A DNA stretch of 61,297 nt, counting the filler, from Gemmatimonadota bacterium (GTDB taxonomy: Bacteria > 4572-55 > J002), in NCBI GenBank assembly GCA_003697105.1. It is 4 parts of 4 records of this genome, joined end to end, with 100 filler letters (N's around TTAATTAATTAA, not from the genome) between each part and the next. Parts side by side here need not be neighbours in the genome. Positions count along the whole stretch, not along the records: positions 18,535 to 35,491 come from RFFQ01000050.1; positions 35,592 to 49,764 come from RFFQ01000051.1; 2 more parts are not named here. One strand, given 5' to 3'. Below the pieces are notes generated by a model, which saw nothing but the letters and a program-made list of their open reading frames with translations, had not been told where the DNA came from and searched no databases. Below are positions 30,428 through 40,763 of this stretch, in pieces. The first letter of the stretch is position 1. Each line of letters begins with the position of its first letter. The position numbers were made by a program, and so were the translations under genes.

Positions 30428-33400
30428 TTATGCTTGGGTTGTGGTGCCCATCCGTAATTCCCGCGCGGCGTCGGTAACGGCATTGATTTTCACGGCATAA
30501 CTGGTGCGATTTTCAATATCTTCATCCGTCACCAGATGAACATCCAGCAGACCATTGGACGTTTCACCGGTGCGTAGATAGTTTAACTCTGCTAGACAAA
30601 TACTCCATCCTTCAAGCCAGTTTAGTAAGTTCTGCCGTTGTTCCGGGGTACCACTTACATGGAGTAGCAGATCGATGTCACTGCCGGGTCCGGCGGTGGC
30701 ATTTTTGGTACTGCCAAACAGGTAGAACGCTTTGACGCCAAATCGTTGCGGGTCAAGTTGTGCGGCGATCTTTTCCGCCATGCGCAACCGCCAACGCCAG
30801 TGATCGTCATTGGATTTTTGCGGAGGGTAGGTCTCTTTAACGGCGATCTGCTCGTGGAATTCCGGCGGTTTGGCGGTTGTCAACAGCCCAACAGCTTCTT
30901 CGTCATCGCCGTTCATTAGCACGGTGAGTATTTGCCCGTGGGTGACTTCCGGGACATCGATCACCCGGATGACCTCCGCAAACGCCTCGTGTTGGGGCAA
31001 TATCTCAGAAAAGACGTTTGGGCTTTCTGTTAAAAAGGATTCGTTGAACACGATACCTTCATCATCCGGGTAGAGCGGCAAATACCGGATGCCGGCTTCC
31101 ACCAAATCTTGGAAAAAGTGGGTCCCGAAGGAGAGATCGGGCACGTAATTGCCTTTTTTGCGGGCAATTTCGATCAACATGGCGGTGTTGTTAATGTCGG
31201 AGTAGGTTACATTGACTCCCAATTTAATGTCTCCCCGGCTCCCCCAGCGACCGGGTCCCATCAAGATAAACTGCCGTTTGGGGAGTAATTGATTTAACTT
31301 GCCTACCGCGCGACCCACTTTGAATAATGCCTCGCGAGAATCCAGTTCCGCGTATTTTTGCGGGTCCACATACACAATGTGGGTGATGCCGGTGACGGTG
31401 CCGTTGGTTATGTAACGGTTAGCAGAAAAGATCAGTTCTTCTGGATTGATGTCCGTTGGAATTTCTGCCGGTTTGCTATCGGCGGCGTAGCTTTGGGGAC
31501 GGCATTGGAGCAGATAAAAGTCCGTGCCGTCACAGGCAAATTCAATATCCACCGGTGTGCCAAGGGTCTGTTGCAACACGGTGAGTATGGCGTGAATCTT
31601 TTTGACAAAATTTGTATTTTTAATCAAGCCGTCAAACGTAACAACCATTTCATCGTGTTCAAAATCGAGGTGCATCCCCATTGGGGTTTGGATGTGATTT
31701 TGTTTGACGATAGAAACGACCTGATTGATACGAGGGTAATCGAACCCATGTTTACGCAAAAGGTCCTCGATTGGAATGGTTTCAAACTGGTTTGTTTTGA
31801 GGTTAATCACATCAATTTCTTTCGGTGAATACCAGATTTTTTCATCGACGGTGACATTGGCTCGTAACCCCGGCTGCCCTGGTGCGATTAAAATCGGGTA
31901 ATCATTGGTACGATCCACAGCTCGGGTACCTAAGCCCGGGACGAGCCGTACCAAGCCATCGGAGCGTTTAATGCGGGGTGACCACCGGAATTCGTTGTTA
32001 CTAAAAGCAACACCAGCATATGCCGGCAGAAAATAATCCCCAATGCGAGTCCCAGCGACTGCCTGAATCAGGATGCCCATTTCTTCATGAAAATCCAGCA
32101 GTCCTCGTTCGGCGCGGTACTCAATGGGGTCGGGTCCAAACGTAGAGGCGTAAACTTCCTGAATGGCATCGATCAATGCTGCCATACGTTCTGCTTTCGT
32201 ACCTTGATTGGCAATAAATAAGGATTTGTATTTGCCCGCAAAGGCAGTTCCCATACGGTCTTCCAGTAAGCTGGAACTGCGCACTACCAGGGGTTGCGTG
32301 CCGAAATCATCGAGGGCGTAGGATAATCCTTTAATAATTTCCTCTGGAAAGTGTGAATTTTTAAATACTTGAATAATCGAGGGGTATTCTTGCCGCACTT
32401 GCCCAATGTCTTTGTATTTTTGCTCGACCACGTCTTCCAGATTGTTGTAATGTAAAAAACTGAGGATGGCATCTGAGGTAATGTACCACGTTTTCGGAAT
32501 TTTGATGTCTTTTAGCAGGTCTTGCTGTTCTTTGGAGCGTTTCAAAATCCGGTTAGCTAAAACTAGCCCTGCCGCTTTACCGCCCAACTTACCCCGGCTA
32601 TCAGTGGGATGGATCACGTGGTGCATCAAATCGTAAAAATCGGCTAGGGTGATGTACTCCTTGGCGATATTGACAAAATCCTGTTGGTCCATCAAAAAGC
32701 GCTGGATCAGCGAGACCCGGAATGCCTTTTCGCGCGGGCTGGAGAGTTGATGTCCTTCCGGGTCGAAATGATGATACCGCCCGATGGCATCTGCTACTTC
32801 ACCCAGTGAGGTGCCCGCATTTTCCAGAATATTGACCAGAAAATTTGATTTTTCCTCTTTGATCCATTTTTGGATACTGACGAGTGTTTCCCCTTCTCCC
32901 AAATAGTCCGAAGCCAGTTCAAAAATCTGGTCACTGATGGAATCAATGTTTTTGATTTCACTGCGGCGTTGGGGGCGGTTTGCTTCGTTCACACTCAAAA
33001 GGTCACTATCTGTTTCGATTTTGGGGGTAAAATATTCCAGGAGGGCTTCGGCGGCTTTACAACCATTCCAACAAAGGTAATTTGCCATTTTGCGCGAGAT
33101 GCGGCGCAGTAATTGGGGGTCTGTTTGGCGTAATAGCTCCAACGCAACACGCCAATTTTTGGATGCCGCGCCGGATTTCTCCCGCTGAAACACCTCTTTC
33201 AATTGGTGGTGTAAAATAAAATGGCTGATCCGGTCGGCAATGGTGTTGATCAACTTGCGTTCTTCTTGTAAAAAGGGACCTTCATCGATTGTGGGCATCT
33301 CTTCAAGGTAGTAAATGCTGATCTTTCCGACTTCCTCATCATGGACAATGATGGGGGCTTCCTGCACCCACGGCGTGGGTTCAAATTCCGCGGATTGGAA

Positions 33401-33610
33401 GACCTGATCTTGATAACAAATTTGGGCTTGGCAGATGTCGGGGTATTGCCAACCCGGTGGTAAATGATGAACGATTTCATTTAGAACTTCCGGGATCGAA
33501 TATTCTGTGTGTACGGTGAGTTCTTCCACTTTATACAGGCAGTTGAGTTCTTTCGCTCGTTCTTGTAAATCTTGGATGATTTTATCCATCGGTTCATTTT
33601 TAGTGATCAT
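30428..33610 (-). CDS. PEP synthase/PPDK nucleotide-binding-domain protein with N-terminal GAF-like and C-terminal nucleotidyltransferase domains
   Basis: LQERAKELNCLY..PPGWQYP; LGGKAAGL, VRSSSLLED..FAGKYKS, GLGTRAV, DIEFA..LLQCRP; C-terminal FGSTKN..GSDIDL. RBS AAGGAAAG favours start 33610. Confidence 0.82.
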   Translation of the reverse strand: MITKNEPMDKIIQDLQERAKELNCLYKVEELTVHTEYSIPEVLNEIVHHLPPGWQYPDICQAQICYQDQVFQSAEFEPTPWVQEAPIIVHDEEVGKISIYYLEEMPTIDEGPFLQEERKLINTIADRISHFILHHQLKEVFQREKSGAASKNWRVALELLRQTDPQLLRRISRKMANYLCWNGCKAAEALLEYFTPKIETDSDLLSVNEANRPQRRSEIKNIDSISDQIFELASDYLGEGETLVSIQKWIKEEKSNFLVNILENAGTSLGEVADAIGRYHHFDPEGHQLSSPREKAFRVSLIQRFLMDQQDFVNIAKEYITLADFYDLMHHVIHPTDSRGKLGGKAAGLVLANRILKRSKEQQDLLKDIKIPKTWYITSDAILSFLHYNNLEDVVEQKYKDIGQVRQEYPSIIQVFKNSHFPEEIIKGLSYALDDFGTQPLVVRSSSLLEDRMGTAFAGKYKSLFIANQGTKAERMAALIDAIQEVYASTFGPDPIEYRAERGLLDFHEEMGILIQAVAGTRIGDYFLPAYAGVAFSNNEFRWSPRIKRSDGLVRLVPGLGTRAVDRTNDYPILIAPGQPGLRANVTVDEKIWYSPKEIDVINLKTNQFETIPIEDLLRKHGFDYPRINQVVSIVKQNHIQTPMGMHLDFEHDEMVVTFDGLIKNTNFVKKIHAILTVLQQTLGTPVDIEFACDGTDFYLLQCRPQSYAADSKPAEIPTDINPEELIFSANRYITNGTVTGITHIVYVDPQKYAELDSREALFKVGRAVGKLNQLLPKRQFILMGPGRWGSRGDIKLGVNVTYSDINNTAMLIEIARKKGNYVPDLSFGTHFFQDLVEAGIRYLPLYPDDEGIVFNESFLTESPNVFSEILPQHEAFAEVIRVIDVPEVTHGQILTVLMNGDDEEAVGLLTTAKPPEFHEQIAVKETYPPQKSNDDHWRWRLRMAEKIAAQLDPQRFGVKAFYLFGSTKNATAGPGSDIDLLLHVSGTPEQRQNLLNWLEGWSICLAELNYLRTGETSNGLLDVHLVTDEDIENRTSYAVKINAVTDAARELRMGTTTQA

Positions 33611-33623
33611 GACTTTCCTTTCC

Positions 33624-35354
33624 TTAGCTCTTATGAATGACGCCGCGTCCGGTGCGTCCATCAACTTTAATTATGAGCGGGTTGTGCAGACGGATATGCC
33701 GTAAAAAGTGAGTTTCGTAGTGGTGATCCTGATGGTCGAGCCAGTTCCAATCAATGGGATATTTGCTGTGATGCGGCACTGAAAAGTAGCGAACTTGAAA
33801 ACTGCTGATATTATGAAAAAAATGAGACCCTTGGCTTAGTTCCACATCCATATGGGGAAGGGTGGCTTCCACAATCACTTTCGCCCCAGAGATATGTACC
33901 CACCGTACCGGAATGCCCAACCAGGGGTCGGAACTGCCCCAACGTCCAAAACCAATGAGTAGATAAAATAGGTTTTCCGAGCGGAGTTTGTTGTTGAGTT
34001 GTTCCAATTCCTGTACGATTTGCGGGGTGTACTTGGCTTGGAACTCTTCCGGTTTGACATATAGGATGTCCTTTAAGGTGTTGATAATGCCATTACCCAT
34101 CACATGGTCTGAAGCGGCGAGCGCATGGTCACTTCGCATTTCTCGTTCCGTAATGGTGACTTCCTCGTGCGAGACGACCATCGGTCGAACTTGTAACGCC
34201 CCAAATTGATGGGGATTCAGGGTCATGGCAAATTCCACTTCCACCGGCTCTTGGATGTGTTCCTCACACAGGGCAAGCAAGCGTTCGATTAGCGGATTTA
34301 ATGGTATATCATTGAGATGTAAGATGGGGGCAAACGTAATAATGCGAGGTCCTTTAATACCCGTGCCCATGACAATTCGGGATGAATGGGGGTCGTAAGT
34401 GGAAGCGATGTAGCGCAAACTGCCATCGTATTCCGCATCATTTAGGTTGCATTTGACCAGATATTCCGTTTCGTGAATTGGATCGTATGCCGGTGGTTTA
34501 CCTAAATTGACTGCCCAAAATTCCGTTTGAGTTTGTTTCAGCCAGTCGCGGATCGAGCCAAACGGGGGAGATACGCGAGGGCGCGCCGGTGAATATGCCC
34601 ATGACACCCCGCCATCTACCACCGATTTACCCAATCCCAATGCCAAATTGACGACACCTTCCTCCGGTTTGGCGCCCCCCACCGGATAAAAATTGTATGA
34701 TCGCGCCACGCCCGAAATAGTGGGATAAAATCGGTCCCCATGACGCCGCCCGACCACCTCCTGAATGATCACCGCCATTTTTTCATGGTGGGGTTCATTT
34801 TGGGTTTCTCGTAGATAATCTTGTGCTATGCTGAAGAAGGTTGATGCATAAATGAATTTCACGGCTTCTATCAATTTGTGGAACCGGACATCTGTTTCCA
34901 CCTGATTATTGGGAATCATTTTTGTGCTGTAAATACCAGCGAATGGCTCGTACAGGGCATCTTCCAGTTTGCTTGATGAGCGCACCGCCAACGGATGTTT
35001 GTAGGAAAGCACCACCGCGCGCAAATCTCCGATCACACTACCGGGAAAGCTGCCTTTTTGGAACACATTGGCGATCACGTGGTCGGCGGGACCGGATTCG
35101 AGGAATTCATATAACCGGTTGTGTTCCATGAACGCATCAAATACATCGGTGCCAATCACCGTGAACGCAGGTACTTTCACTTGCACCGAGGGGAATTCAG
35201 CCGGATCGTAGCCTTTTGCCAGCAGGGTATGCAGAAAGACCAATCCTTGTGCTTTTCCCCCAATAGAACCCCCGCCGATGATGCTCGGATGGGCTTGACC
35301 ATAGCTGTCATGCCGGTTAAAGCGCGGCAGTTCAGGCGAAATGTTTAAGTGCAT
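33624..35354 (-). CDS. PEP synthase/PPDK nucleotide-binding-domain protein
   Basis: IGGKAQGL, AVRSSSKLED..FAGIYST, GLGKSVVDG, VEVEFA, LQVRP, GRWGSSDPWLG, SQGSHFF. Confidence 0.85.
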   Translation of the reverse strand: MHLNISPELPRFNRHDSYGQAHPSIIGGGSIGGKAQGLVFLHTLLAKGYDPAEFPSVQVKVPAFTVIGTDVFDAFMEHNRLYEFLESGPADHVIANVFQKGSFPGSVIGDLRAVVLSYKHPLAVRSSSKLEDALYEPFAGIYSTKMIPNNQVETDVRFHKLIEAVKFIYASTFFSIAQDYLRETQNEPHHEKMAVIIQEVVGRRHGDRFYPTISGVARSYNFYPVGGAKPEEGVVNLALGLGKSVVDGGVSWAYSPARPRVSPPFGSIRDWLKQTQTEFWAVNLGKPPAYDPIHETEYLVKCNLNDAEYDGSLRYIASTYDPHSSRIVMGTGIKGPRIITFAPILHLNDIPLNPLIERLLALCEEHIQEPVEVEFAMTLNPHQFGALQVRPMVVSHEEVTITEREMRSDHALAASDHVMGNGIINTLKDILYVKPEEFQAKYTPQIVQELEQLNNKLRSENLFYLLIGFGRWGSSDPWLGIPVRWVHISGAKVIVEATLPHMDVELSQGSHFFHNISSFQVRYFSVPHHSKYPIDWNWLDHQDHHYETHFLRHIRLHNPLIIKVDGRTGRGVIHKS

Positions 35355-35392
35355 GAGGGATGTCTCTTAAAAAAAGTGCCATTCTCTTTTTT

Positions 35393-35491
35393 CTGAAAAC
35401 TCTGGAAAAGTGGTTTTTTATTGATTTATGGTGTCCTTTTGAGTATGAACCCTATTTTGTATTTTTGATGAGGATGTTGATTATGATGCTT
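35393..35491 (+). repeat. 99-bp contig-end repeat, copy A (probable terminus of a multicopy element)
   Basis: Exact reverse complement of 35592-35690; AT-rich; ends GAGGA..ATGATGCTT running into the gap. Confidence 0.85.
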
Positions 35492-35591
35492 NNNNNNNNN
35501 NNNNNNNNNNNNNNNNNNNNNNNNNNNNNNNNNNNTTAATTAATTAANNNNNNNNNNNNNNNNNNNNNNNNNNNNNNNNNNNNNNNNNNNN
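35492..35591. other. Assembly gap/contig linker
   Basis: 44 N + TTAATTAATTAA + 44 N. Confidence 0.97.
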
Positions 35592-35690
35592 AAGCATCAT
35601 AATCAACATCCTCATCAAAAATACAAAATAGGGTTCATACTCAAAAGGACACCATAAATCAATAAAAAACCACTTTTCCAGAGTTTTCAG
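35592..35690 (-). repeat. 99-bp contig-end repeat, copy B
   Basis: Exact reverse complement of 35393-35491; ends 3 bp from the Omp85 stop codon. Confidence 0.85.
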
Positions 35691-35693
35691 TTA

Positions 35694-37601
35694 TTAAAAA
35701 ATCTGACCTAAGCCCAAGTGCCACACGCCTTCACTCAGGTGGGTCTTGGTGCTTTTTAATGGGATGGCATATTCCAACCGGATGGGTCCAACAGGCAAGT
35801 GATAGCGTATTCCTAGACCTGCCCCGTATTTTAAGTTGAGCAGGTTAACTTGATTCCAATAGCGCCAGACATTGCCCCCATCCAGAAAGATAGCGGCGGC
35901 AATAAAGCGCCAGATGGTGCTGCGTAATTCAAGATGTAGTGCGCTGTAGATACGTCCGGGTACCGTAATGGGGTTGCCTTGGGCATCCATGCTTTCCGCG
36001 CCAATGCTTTGTTCGCCGTACCCTCGCAAGGAGTTGGTGCCTCCCAGTAGAAACCGGTCATCGGCGGGGACTAACTCCGTAGAAGCCATCGGGAACACGT
36101 AGCCTCCTTCCACATTCATGCCGAGAACCAGTGGGAATCGCCCGGTCTTAAAATGGCTGTATTGTGCTGTGGTCTTATTAAAATCGATAGTCCCTCCTAA
36201 AAATCGGGTGGCAATCTCATCGGAAATTGACCAGTAATATCCGTGTTTGGGACGGAAGACGGCATCGCGGCTGTCTTGTGCGACAAATAGGCGTAGGGTA
36301 CTTTTTGTAATTTGTCCGGCTTCTTGCCGGATTTCCGGCGATGCTTGTGCTGTTAGATCAAAGATATTGTCAATTTCTAAGCGGTAACGGGCGGCTAATT
36401 CCGCCTCCGGTTCAAATCGGCGAGACAGCCGCACGGTAATCCCGCTACGTTCGGTGCGGTAGGTCGGGTGTTTTTCCCGTTCGTGGAATGATTCCGTTTC
36501 CAGAGACAACCGTTGGGCTAATAGCCACGGGATCGAATAGGTAAATTGATAACGTTGTGAGCGTTCAATTCGGGTTTCCTGAGTGGACGTGCGATCAAAA
36601 TTATAGGTTAGATAGGTTTGAAATTTTAGTCCATGCCGGTTATTCCACAAATTTTTAGAGCCCCACTCCACCAAAAAACGAAGCCCATCTTTAGAGCCGT
36701 AACCCGCACCAGTTCCGATCCAGCGAGGTTTATCTTCCCGCACATACACGTTCAAATCGACCACCGGTCGTTGCTGTTCGATACCGTAGGGTTCTAAAAA
36801 AGCATTGGTGAATAAGCCGGTGGCATAAATCGCCTTTTGGCTTTGCTGTAACTTTTCCATATCGAAAATATCGCCCGGCTTCAGGTACAACTCCCGACGG
36901 ATGATCCGTTCGGTTACCCGCTGGTTACCAAACACATGAATCTGCCCAACCCGTACCTGAATCCCTTCATGGATTTGCAGGGTTAGATCGATATGCGAGC
37001 TATCTGGAAACTCCAGACTATCATGGATGGAAGCATAGATGTATCCTTGTTGGCTATACAGCGAATCGATCTTGTGGATTGCCTCCCGCAGTTGAAACGG
37101 GTCAAAGGGGTCTCCGTTTTTCAAGCGCAGTTGCTGGCGGATTGTCCGGTCTGATAAGACGGTATTTCCTGCAATGGTCACCTGATGGAGTTGGTATTTC
37201 CGCCCTTGATTTATGCGGATATGAATCGTCTCCCCTGCCAGCTCAATATGGATGGTGGCATTAATATAACCTTGTCGCCGAAAGTAATTTGCCAGACGTT
37301 CTTTATCCCGCACAAACAGCTCGTATTCGGACAGGGGCAATCCGATTTTCGTCCGCATTATCCCACGTAGCCGGTCTGGATGGGCAGACGTACCCTCAAA
37401 ACTGATATGGCGAATGATTATATTATCAAAGACTTCCGGTTCTGCAGGTTGGGCGTGTGCCATTGCGTTGAGAACGCCGCTCAGATAAAGAAACATCCAC
37501 CCGCCGGTTATTATCACCCGTAACCCCACTGCACCTAAGCAAAAAGACGGCGTCCAATTCGCCGTCTTTTTAGAATGAGTACCGGTAAACCTGATTTTCA
37601 T
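35694..37601 (-). CDS. BamA/TamA (Omp85) family outer-membrane protein with POTRA domains
   Basis: About 3 POTRA repeats (I.GN....I.R.L..G..F); barrel motif RFLLGGTNSLRGY; FLDGGNVW; GPIRLEYA; C-terminal Phe; TAATG coupling to lpdA. Confidence 0.9.
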   Translation of the reverse strand: MKIRFTGTHSKKTANWTPSFCLGAVGLRVIITGGWMFLYLSGVLNAMAHAQPAEPEVFDNIIIRHISFEGTSAHPDRLRGIMRTKIGLPLSEYELFVRDKERLANYFRRQGYINATIHIELAGETIHIRINQGRKYQLHQVTIAGNTVLSDRTIRQQLRLKNGDPFDPFQLREAIHKIDSLYSQQGYIYASIHDSLEFPDSSHIDLTLQIHEGIQVRVGQIHVFGNQRVTERIIRRELYLKPGDIFDMEKLQQSQKAIYATGLFTNAFLEPYGIEQQRPVVDLNVYVREDKPRWIGTGAGYGSKDGLRFLVEWGSKNLWNNRHGLKFQTYLTYNFDRTSTQETRIERSQRYQFTYSIPWLLAQRLSLETESFHEREKHPTYRTERSGITVRLSRRFEPEAELAARYRLEIDNIFDLTAQASPEIRQEAGQITKSTLRLFVAQDSRDAVFRPKHGYYWSISDEIATRFLGGTIDFNKTTAQYSHFKTGRFPLVLGMNVEGGYVFPMASTELVPADDRFLLGGTNSLRGYGEQSIGAESMDAQGNPITVPGRIYSALHLELRSTIWRFIAAAIFLDGGNVWRYWNQVNLLNLKYGAGLGIRYHLPVGPIRLEYAIPLKSTKTHLSEGVWHLGLGQIF

Positions 37602-39010
37602 TAGATATGGATTGCCTGCCCGAGGGCATCTCCGGTGGCTTCCATTATCGCTTCGGAGAGTGTCGGGTGGGCGTGGATGGTATGTAAAATCTCGTTTTCG
37701 GTTGCTTCTAGGGATTTCGCCAGCCCCATCTCGGCGATCATCTCGGTGGCTTCCGCACCAATGATATGCGCTCCTAACAGTTCTCCATATTTAGCGTCAT
37801 AGATGACTTTGACGAATCCCTCACTTTCGCCAATGGCGAGTGCTTTGCCGCTGGCAGTGAAGGGGAATTTCCCAATTTTGACGTCATACCCGGCGGCTTT
37901 TGCTTTTGCTTCCGTCAGACCGATACTGGCTACTTGCGGTTGGCAATAGGTACAGCCCGGAATGCTCCCGTAATCCAACGGATGCGGGTTTAGTCCGGCG
38001 ATGTGTTCTACGCAGATCAGCCCTTCGTGGGAAGCAACGTGCGCCAACCACGGTGCACCGATAACATCACCAATGGCATAAATACCCTCAACATTTGTCC
38101 GGTAGTATTCATCCACCGCGATTGCACCGCGTTCATAGTGAACCCCGATCTCATCCAGACCGATATTTTCTACATTCCCCGTGACGCCAATCGCCATGAG
38201 CGCCATATCACTGGTGAGGGTTTGGGTTTTGCCTTTTTTATCCGTGACGGTGACTTCCACTCCATCGGCGGTGGCGTGGCAAGATTCCACACGGGTTTCG
38301 GTCAGGATATTCATTTTTTTCTTTTTATAGATTTTTTCAAGTGTTCGGCTAATCTCTTCGTCTTCTACCGGCAGAATGTGCGGCATCATTTCCACTACGG
38401 TGATTTTCGTGCCAAAACAGTGGTACATGTAAGCGAATTCAATTCCGATGGCGCCGGCACCCAATACGATCATCGATTTTGGAATTTCCGGCAACGTCAT
38501 CGCTTCCCGGCTGGTGATGATTGTTTTACCATTGATTTCCACGCCGGGTATTGTTTTGGGCCGTGCGCCTGTCGCAATGATGATATGCTTTGCGGTGACT
38601 TGTACCGTCTCGTTGTCCTTTCCATTGGTGACACTCAACTGGTTTTTACCGCTAAATGCCGCTGTACCGGCAATCACAGTGATCTTATTTTTTTTCATCA
38701 AAAAGCTGATACCTTTACTAAGCCGGTTTGCCACATTCCGGCTACGTTTGATTACTTTACCGAAATCCACTTCAACCTGATCGATTTTTAGACCAAATTC
38801 CGCACGGCGATGGTTGATAATCTCGTAAATTTCGGCATTTTTGAGCAAGGCTTTGGTGGGGATGCATCCCCAATTTAGGCAAATTCCACCCATTTCGGCT
38901 TTTTCGATTACGGCGGTCTTAAATCCTAATTGGGCGGCGCGGATCGCGGCGACATAACCTCCGGGACCGCCCCCGACAACCACCACGTCAAACGTTTGAG
39001 GTGTACTCAT
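37601..39010 (-). CDS. lpdA: Dihydrolipoyl dehydrogenase
   Basis: GGGPGGYVAAIRAAQLG, GGICLNWGCIPTK redox disulfide, GAGAIGIE, HAHPTLSE. Confidence 0.97.
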   Translation of the reverse strand: MSTPQTFDVVVVGGGPGGYVAAIRAAQLGFKTAVIEKAEMGGICLNWGCIPTKALLKNAEIYEIINHRRAEFGLKIDQVEVDFGKVIKRSRNVANRLSKGISFLMKKNKITVIAGTAAFSGKNQLSVTNGKDNETVQVTAKHIIIATGARPKTIPGVEINGKTIITSREAMTLPEIPKSMIVLGAGAIGIEFAYMYHCFGTKITVVEMMPHILPVEDEEISRTLEKIYKKKKMNILTETRVESCHATADGVEVTVTDKKGKTQTLTSDMALMAIGVTGNVENIGLDEIGVHYERGAIAVDEYYRTNVEGIYAIGDVIGAPWLAHVASHEGLICVEHIAGLNPHPLDYGSIPGCTYCQPQVASIGLTEAKAKAAGYDVKIGKFPFTASGKALAIGESEGFVKVIYDAKYGELLGAHIIGAEATEMIAEMGLAKSLEATENEILHTIHAHPTLSEAIMEATGDALGQAIHI

Positions 39011-39036
39011 TATGTGAACTCACTTCCATCAAAAGG

Positions 39037-39489
39037 TTATAAGGACTCTGGTTTACTGTATTTCAGAACCGGTATCATCATCCCTAAAAAGATGATATTT
39101 CGGATAATACTGATCCACAATTCCGTACTTGAACCCGGGTTGCTTCCTCCCGCTGAGGTACATCCACAATGAATATTTAACCCCCGAAAAATTGCACTGC
39201 TAAGGGCGACAATAAAAACCAATAACATCCCGTTAATCAGGATTACCGCGCCTTTGGGCATATAATTGAGGACGAGAAACAAACCGGCTAAAAATTCAAT
39301 CCACGGCAGAACTAAGGCGATGAGATTTGTATATGCATAAGGAATCAATTTATAATTTTGAATATCTTTTGCGAATTCCAACGGCTCGACAATTTTATGT
39401 AAGCTCGCATAGATGAAAAAGATGCCCACGATCAGGCGGAAACTCATCACCACGAATTCATTTTTCATAATCGCTTGTAATTTTGCCAT
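39037..39489 (-). CDS. MauE/DoxX family membrane protein
   Basis: R..GIFFIYASLHKI..P..F, LPWIE, RGLNIHCGC; start 39489 coupled (TAATG) to the rhodanese gene. Confidence 0.85.
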   Translation of the reverse strand: MAKLQAIMKNEFVVMSFRLIVGIFFIYASLHKIVEPLEFAKDIQNYKLIPYAYTNLIALVLPWIEFLAGLFLVLNYMPKGAVILINGMLLVFIVALSSAIFRGLNIHCGCTSAGGSNPGSSTELWISIIRNIIFLGMMIPVLKYSKPESL

Positions 39490-40046
39490 TATTCGTGCTC
39501 CTCGGATGAGATCGGATAGCCGGCGGCAAGCCATTCATTCCACCCGCCGATAAACACAAAGATTCGGGAGTACCCTAGGGTAATGAGTTCTTCCGCCAGC
39601 AATTTGGAAGCGTCACAGTCTGCTCCGTCACAATAGACAACGACCAGTTGATCCGGGGGAATATCTGCCAATTGGTCCATGTAATCCATCACCGCGTCAT
39701 ACGGAATATTGATGGCGCCTTCAATGTGTCCTTCCGCGTACAGATCGGCATAGCGAGCATCAATAAAGACACCCATTTTTTGCTGGTAGATGTCGTGATA
39801 TGCCTGTTCAAGGGTCACGGCTTTAAATGCTTCCAACGTTGAGCCGTGCTGGTAACGTGGGGGCAACTCCAGAGGGGTTGATACTGAATCGACAACTGGA
39901 GGGGATTCTTCGGGTATTCCTGCAAATTCAACCGCTTTTTTCTGAGCGATCCAGCCGACGGGATGTTTGCGGGTCATGTTGGTCGTGATGCCAATGGCTA
40001 TCGCCAATAACACAATCAGTATTGCTTGTAGAATGGGTTTGACCAT
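39489..40046 (-). CDS. Membrane-anchored rhodanese-domain protein
   Basis: FIDAR..Y.EGHIEGAINIP, VVYCDGADC, GGWNEW. Confidence 0.9.
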   Translation of the reverse strand: MVKPILQAILIVLLAIAIGITTNMTRKHPVGWIAQKKAVEFAGIPEESPPVVDSVSTPLELPPRYQHGSTLEAFKAVTLEQAYHDIYQQKMGVFIDARYADLYAEGHIEGAINIPYDAVMDYMDQLADIPPDQLVVVYCDGADCDASKLLAEELITLGYSRIFVFIGGWNEWLAAGYPISSEEHE

Positions 40047-40055
40047 ACCTGAATC

Positions 40056-40757
40056 CTATTTATTTTTGGGTTTTGGCACAAATCCGACCACCGGAATTTC
40101 GAGCGCTGGATACGTTGGGGGGTCAAATTCAATCCGTATCCGTGTGTTGATGCGCTCCACCGTTTTTGCCTCGCAGATGCCGCGCAAATTCACTTGGGAT
40201 TCCGGCGGAATCTCATTTGCCGGTAGCTCAAACCGGACATTTTTTAAGCTATCTACGGCACTCAGGGTTTTGATCGATATGGGTTGGTTGGTATTGTTGA
40301 TCAAGCTGATCGTTCGTTCGCGGGTCTCACCGATCCAGACGCGGGCAAAATCCATCAGGGGTGGTTCGTACTCAACCGGCACGATAACCACACCGGCGAT
40401 ATGGAATTCTTCCACTGGGCGGCGTGGATCATTTGTCAACAGTTTGATGCGGTGTCCAACGAGTCCGCGATCTTTACTGGAATCATACCGGATGGCAACA
40501 CTGCCCGTCGCGCCCGGTACTAAGCGCTCCGCTGAGAGGTGCGCCAGTGTACAGCCGCACTCAGTCTTGACTTCATGGATAATCAGGGGGGCATCTCCCC
40601 GGTTTTGGAAATGAAACTCAAAGTGTAGTGTGTCCCCTTGAAAGATCGTGCCAAAGGGGGTGCGTAGCGGGTTTAGCCGTTCAATTTGCGGGGCGGCATT
40701 CGCCCCCCCGAGCATCCCGCTAAACAGTATTAGGCTGAGAGCGATCATTCGGTGCAT
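40056..40757 (-). CDS. DUF1573 / Ig-like domain exported protein
   Basis: Signal peptide; F.FQNRGDAPLII.EV...CGCT...L.PG..G. Confidence 0.8.
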   Translation of the reverse strand: MHRMIALSLILFSGMLGGANAAPQIERLNPLRTPFGTIFQGDTLHFEFHFQNRGDAPLIIHEVKTECGCTLAHLSAERLVPGATGSVAIRYDSSKDRGLVGHRIKLLTNDPRRPVEEFHIAGVVIVPVEYEPPLMDFARVWIGETRERTISLINNTNQPISIKTLSAVDSLKNVRFELPANEIPPESQVNLRGICEAKTVERINTRIRIEFDPPTYPALEIPVVGFVPKPKNK

Positions 40758-40763
40758 GGTTTT

